From assembly GCA_040954595.2 (NCBI GenBank), contig CM082577.2, forward strand, positions 12,309,654-12,373,653: a DNA stretch of 64,000 bases. The letters run 5' to 3'. The translations under genes were made by a program, and so were the position numbers. A model generated the notes under the pieces. It saw nothing but the letters and a program-made list of their open reading frames with translations. It searched no databases and had not been told where the DNA came from. Position 1 is the first letter of the stretch. The number at the start of each line of letters is the position of its first letter. This DNA is from Balanoglossus misakiensis. Taxonomy: Eukaryota > Animalia > Hemichordata. This document shows, piece after piece, positions 61,401 through 64,000 of this stretch.

Positions 61401-64000
61401 TGCGTTCTTCTGGACCATTCCACTTACATATTAAGTATGGTTGATAAGGAGGTATGATCATAAGCACTGCACCAAAAATTTGAGATGCCTTAATTACTAT
61501 TTTAACCTTTTTAAGCTTATTACTATTTCCTTGACGCTTTCCTTGACTTTTTTCAGCGGATTGGTCAAAGTGAAATGCCACCGACCAAGTCCAAAGTGAA
61601 ACAGTAATTCTAAATAACGGCCCACCACAAATAACTGACTGTGGTTTCGGGTGGGCGAACTCTCACTAAACTCCAGTATAACTACAGGTTAATGCTAATT
61701 AACACAGAAGGATTTTTAGGTCCCATTGGTTTTTACCATGGGACCTTATGGGATCGGTTGCGTCTGTATGTATGTATGGATGTATGTATGTCTGTATGTC
61801 CGTCCACATCAAAAACTTGAAAACCGCTGCGCGTATAACCTCGATATTTGGTGTGCAGATGCAGGCAGGGCTGTAGATGGGAGTTTGTCCAAATGAAGTT
61901 GTCATTGCCAAAAATATGCAAATTAGCTGGAAAAATGTGAATTTTGGTCAAAACTCAGTAACTCAAGAACTACTGGTCAGATTGCTTTGCAAAGTGGTGT
62001 GTATTTACTTTATTAAGTTGTTTTAATTAGGCAGGAACTCCCTCCTGTGTTTCATATAAACATAGCAAATTCCTGAATGATTACATAACTGGCTAAGTTT
62101 TATAGAGGCCAGCTGTTCTATTTAGTGTATGTACAGTACATATGCCATTGGCAGCTTATGGGTCAGTCAGTGTTTGCCCATTGATCTCTCTCTATGTGTG
62201 TGTGTGTGTCTGTATGTGGCCATGTACTCCGGTGTAGACTTTTTCTTGTGTAATCCCTCAATGGGACCGCCGTGTCCTTGACGCAATTTTTTATTTGTTT
62301 GTTTGTTTGCTTAGAGAAACCTACCTCAAATCACATTTCTATTTTGTGACTTCATTACTTAATATACTACATTTCAATTGTTGTGACATTGTTCTCATGC
62401 TCCTCCTTCATTACTTACAGGATGGAGAGACACCTTTGCACCTTGCAGCAGAGTATGGTGATGAAGGCCGTGTCAGATTGTTATTGGAACACAAAGCTGA
62501 TGCTAACATACAAAACAAGGTAAATACCAACCTGACTTCTACAGGTTAATTCTAATCAACATACAAACATTTGTTGGTGTGTTTTTGTTTATTTAAGGAA
62601 ACCTCGCATTACATTTCATTTTTGTGACATTGTTCTCATGCTCCTCCTTCATTACTTACAGGATGGAGACACACCCTTCCATATTGCAGCAAGGTCTGGC
62701 AATAAAGGCTGTGTCAGATTGTTATTGGAACACAAAGCTGATGCTAACATACAAAACAAGGTAAATACCAACCTGACTTCTACAGGTTAATTCTAATCAA
62801 CATACAAACATTTGTTGGTGTGTTTTTGTTTATTTAAGGAAACCTCGCATTACATTTCATTTTTGTGACATTGTTCTCATGCTCCTCCTTCATTACTTAC
62901 AGGATGGAGACACACCCTTCCATATTGCAGCAAGGTCTGGCAATAAAGGCTGTGTCAGATTGTTATTGGAATACAAAGCTGATACTAACATACAAAACAA
63001 GGTAAATACCAACCTGACTTCTACAGGTTAATGATATAAATGTGGAAAGATTTATGTATTTACATGTATTTGTTTGTTTAAAAAAACCTCGCAGTTCAAT
63101 TGTCATTTTGTGACATTGTTCTCATGCTCCTCCTTCATTGCGTACAGGATGGAGAGACACCTTTGCACCTTGCAGCAGAGTATGGTGATGAAGGCCGTGT
63201 CAGATTGTTATTGGAACACAAAGCTGATGCTAACATACAAAACAAGGTAAATACCAACCTGACTTCTACAGGTTAATTCTAATCAACATACAAACATTTG
63301 TTGGTGTGTTTTTGTTTATTTAAGGAAACCTCGCATTACATTTCATTTTTGTGACATTGTTCTCATGCTCCTCCTTCATTACTTACAGGATGGAGACACA
63401 CCTTTACACAAGGTAGCAAGGTCTGGCAGTAAAGGCTGTGTCAGATTGTTATTGGAACACAAAGCTGATACTGACATACAAAACAAAGTAAATACCAACC
63501 TGACTTCTACAGGTTAATGCTATCAATGTGGAAAGATTAATTCATATATAAAAATTTTATCTCCAGAAAAGCAATATTACCAGTACATAATTCTTTGTAA
63601 TGAGGGAGAGATCCCTACTGAGATTTGTACACACAGCATGCATGATTACATAACCGGCTAACTTTAAAAGAGACCAGCTGTTCTATTTTTTGTATGTACA
63701 GTACACATGCCATTGGCAGCTTATGGGTCAGTCAGTGTTTGCCCGTTGATCTCTCCATGTGTGTGTGTGTGTGTGTGTGCATGTGTATGTCTGTCTGTAT
63801 ATGTACTACTGTGTAGACTTTTTCTTGTGTAATCCCTAAATGGGACCACAGTGTCCTTGACACGATTTTTGTGACATTGGAGAAAAAAATCTCCTTCTCC
63901 TCCTTCATTACTTAGGGTGGAGACACACCCTTCCATATTGCAGCAAGGTCTGGCAATAAAGGCTGTGTCATATTGTTATTGGAACACAAAGCTGATACTA
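27319..64000 (+). CDS. Gene B: DED + GT4-like + coiled coil + TRADD-N-like + ankyrin repeats; join(27319..27421,27985..28482,48679..48906,51229..52437,52790..52906,53107..53229,53344..53436,53813..54541,55829..55875, ankyrin exons 59886..>64000)
   Basis: All junctions are GT-AG. Eight phase-1 introns, then phase 0 into the 99-bp ankyrin exons. First nine exons = 3147 nt, open. The link to the ankyrin exons is inferred from phase only. Confidence 0.7.
29419..29759. mobile_element. Non-autonomous element with a ~180-bp terminal hairpin (29578-29759)
   Basis: Palindrome acacatgatga..tcatcatgtgt; short IR ttataacacacca / tggtgtgttataa. Confidence 0.72.
29829..33072. mobile_element. Foldback-like element with inverted arrays of ~160-190 bp subrepeats
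   Basis: ggggacccaactacccgaaaatgatggggtgcaatttt..gggcccctccatca units at ~29990-31190 and their reverse complements at ~32380-33060; ends approximate. Confidence 0.65.
30539..30924. mobile_element. Non-autonomous element with a ~160-bp terminal hairpin (30539-30698)
   Basis: Palindrome centred on gggcGAggtttccGAgccc; short IR attatattacc / ggtaatataat. Confidence 0.72.
33917..34204 (-). repeat. 3' LTR; polypurine tract adjacent at 34205-34214
   Basis: Identical by eye to 44285-44572; PPT cggaggagag on the minus strand. Confidence 0.96.
34347..34562. repeat. 74-bp tandem repeat x3 in the Gypsy 3' UTR
   Basis: gaggaa(a/c)gtctgtctccg(g/a)gtagacggaattagacatt at 34347, 34421 and 34495. Confidence 0.93.
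34615..36264 (-). CDS. Gypsy ORF3: C2H2-like zinc finger + helical domain + C-terminal segment of a TatD-family nuclease
   Basis: CPVQDC..LKHHVLYTH. ILIETDSPYFP..NTPRYIGDVASAVAGVRGVSTRELLETTVANTKNVY matches the TatD C-terminus. N-terminal TatD motifs (DxHxH, GExGLD) are absent. Confidence 0.75.
   Translation of the reverse strand: MAEERQKKTSSLRDPERWRRVVNSIEEKIARRYLIPARELMSELGFCMGLESGIIQDLVTRQYKIAVQRGDWGWVTEAHKCEFCCSLAWMQENIPHKNPRMNQPKVKPVYHHEFNERGMVRDCRLSYRTDLVTTRQNAATGEDVLISASTPADQAEIPVDSDRPDQAPTVESNGNGVHSEQSRGHEETNERPPATATTSASSTDQASQRSVPPPAPTRGKRRFQSTAEKKGKKRENFKVISTFSVVSGGEYEISRKVSRTNQSTVKGGQPSIPSIPTDPGSRAANSGKNPDRKKNRQKLCKCPVQDCYLTTSKLKHHVLYTHISPALWEMKYRNEEPDTEKMGMALDQLAKWILGAGATKEMLWRSFVDDHSEVERIPATSELSDEYQRLMRHLCLSNSWEIPEKFLLKPPNSPAVIIHWRIISIMISKISPEQRKQFRELFDSFRDEPSTAVKPGGESADNGNPERPDGEGTSRPPESHQSTTTPVSADENKILIETDSPYFPLTQEVDVNTPRYIGDVASAVAGVRGVSTRELLETTVANTKNVYQV
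36358..40578 (-). pseudogene. pol: Gypsy pol (protease, RT, RNase H, integrase) with one in-frame TGA at 39283-39285
   Basis: AIVDTAA, FLDD, DTDASD, HHCC zinc finger, DFLGP..TDQG..VER, GPG. DGSV*WCVDY joins the two ORFs in frame. Confidence 0.95.
40551..40614 (-). promoter_or_regulatory. Predicted -1 ribosomal frameshift signal (gag-pol)
   Basis: G_GAA_AAC in the gag frame, 5-nt spacer, stem CGGGUC/GACCCG, loop GAGGCC pairing with downstream GGCCUC; pol is in the -1 frame. Confidence 0.75.
40581..43259 (-). pseudogene. gag: Gypsy gag (N-terminal HhH, capsid, CCHC knuckle), disrupted by a frameshift near 43120 and by a MITE
   Basis: YNGTSNWRTF..RQQPDEVLEDWADRV capsid. Removing the MITE restores ERSRYTSRSPSPNSRGCFHCGNMGHYKRNC..*. 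HhH motif ININECSYEELLKLPGIG. Confidence 0.88.
40747..41586. mobile_element. Tc1/mariner-pogo type MITE inserted in gag
   Basis: TIRs cagtagaacgtcgattatccg / cggataatcgacgttctactg; TA TSD; excision restores the gag frame. Confidence 0.95.
44272..44283 (-). other. Primer binding site TGGCGCTGCGAG (probably tRNA-Ser)
   Basis: 1 nt inside the 5' LTR and begins TGG; the tRNA assignment is inference. Confidence 0.8.
44285..44572 (-). repeat. 5' LTR
   Basis: 288 bp, TG..CA, followed by the CCTA TSD. Confidence 0.96.
45639..45779. repeat. 141-bp hairpin, probable terminus of a non-autonomous element
   Basis: gagaataatgaacgccccaaagaccc..ggcttcgcc..gggtctttggggcgttcattattctc. Confidence 0.85.
45930..46560. 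repeat. Degenerate ~162-bp tandem repeat x4 (transposon-internal)
   Basis: taa(t/c)ttgcataat..aa.atggccgc at ~45991, 46157, 46319 and 46481. Confidence 0.8.
46961..47395 (+). mobile_element. ~433-bp dispersed repeat, copy 1
   Basis: Direct copy at 54779-55211; catgcc..gg(c)atg ends. Confidence 0.85.
47440..48230. mobile_element. Scrambled coding relic of a large DNA transposon
   Basis: HDLATAEAQYYISCY (DLxAAEAxYHxxC-like) on the minus strand; FDFK..KHPDRW on the plus strand. Confidence 0.5.
48679..48906 (+). CDS. Gene B exon 3 (linker)
   Basis: ttcag acceptor, gtaaga donor, open, phase 1-1. Confidence 0.72.
49511..50360 (-). mobile_element. 5'-truncated non-LTR retrotransposon (L2/CR1-group RT C-terminus)
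   Basis: LSPKFFNIYVDQL..HLMYADD..KHLG; 3' end ccgaaataaa. Confidence 0.9.
51229..52437 (+). CDS. Gene B exon 4: GT4-like domain
   Basis: IIFLAEKW, ASAVFSVGP and NVCIIPPDEPFRMEGLRSIAAGLPVLV; homologous to gene A exon 1; phase 1-1. Confidence 0.82.
52790..53436 (+). CDS. Gene B exons 5-7 (52790-52906, 53107-53229, 53344-53436): S/P-rich linkers
   Basis: AG/GTAAGT-bounded, all phase 1-1; exons 5 and 6 resemble each other. Confidence 0.72.
53813..54541 (+). CDS. Gene B exon 8: charged coiled-coil repeat + TRADD-N-like domain
   Basis: MDHETEQKR repeats, then QSSLWFLLSF..IDYFWQKYNAGEIDEMLSGILITSEM..IRMKIDEKQY. Confidence 0.8.
53875..54090 (+). repeat. 27-bp coding tandem repeat (9-aa period)
   Basis: atggaccatgaaac(a/g)gaacagaaaagg and variants. 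Confidence 0.92.
54779..55211 (+). mobile_element. ~433-bp dispersed repeat, copy 2
   Basis: Matches 46961-47395. Confidence 0.85.
56223..56911 (-). mobile_element. ~680-bp MITE, copy 2 (inverted relative to 26472-27149)
   Basis: Reverse-complement match with only a few differences; the chance ORFs in the two copies are nearly identical. Confidence 0.88.
57102..57117 (-). promoter_or_regulatory. Overlapping ETS-CRE motif GCGGAAGTGACGTCAC
   Basis: Plus strand reads gtgacgtcacttccgc; function unproven. Confidence 0.5.
58081..63153 (+). repeat. Near-identical 2.5-kb tandem duplication (58081-60618 / 60619-63153)
   Basis: Junction gatgga|gttaatgcttc; copies differ by +1 G, -4 nt in (tatg)n and about three substitutions. 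Confidence 0.95.
59173..59470 (+). mobile_element. Helentron/HINE-like fragment with a (TGTA)n/GTCC microsatellite (duplicated at ~61712)
   Basis: ttttta-ggtccca..tgggacc subterminal IR followed by a microsatellite. Confidence 0.45.
59886..64000 (+). CDS. Array of 99-bp single-ankyrin exons: 59886-59984, 60127-60225, 60368-60466, (60613 broken), 62421-62519, 62662-62760, 62903-63001, 63148-63246, 63389-63487, 63916->64000
   Basis: Each encodes (D/G)GxTPxHxAAxxGxxGxVRLLLEHKADxNIQNK-like sequence, AG/GT-bounded, phase 0; exon+intron unit is 241 bp. Confidence 0.93.

Overview
Eukaryotic, intron-rich, AT-rich DNA, by inference from a marine invertebrate (deuterostome-like); no prokaryotic genes, rRNA, tRNA or CRISPR seen. 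The window holds three tandem + strand immune-receptor-like genes. (1) The 3' end of an RI-type LRR (NLR-like) gene (<3-1553). (2) Gene A (CDS 8577-16376, 8 exons, 1441 aa by my splice model): duplicated GT4-like N-lobe, GT4-like domain, TRADD-N-like domain, unknown domain, coiled coil, NHL propeller. (3) Gene B (CDS 27319->64000): DED, GT4-like domain, coiled-coil repeat, TRADD-N-like domain, then an array of single-ankyrin 99-bp exons. Genes A and B share a duplicated 5' region, their domain exons are mostly phase-1 bounded, and both GT domains have a degenerate EX7E motif. Intron 2 of gene B (20.2 kb) is almost entirely one TIR-bounded nest of transposons. The nest includes a young 10.7-kb Gypsy element with a ComEA-like HhH at the Gag N-terminus, a -1 frameshift pseudoknot, and an extra ORF ending in a TatD-nuclease C-terminal segment. 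Many MITEs and Gypsy/BEL/LINE relics are present, plus four unrelated hairpin elements with strand-specific tandem GA mismatches. Splice models come from manual GT-AG and phase checks; domain calls are motif recognition from memory, not database searches.
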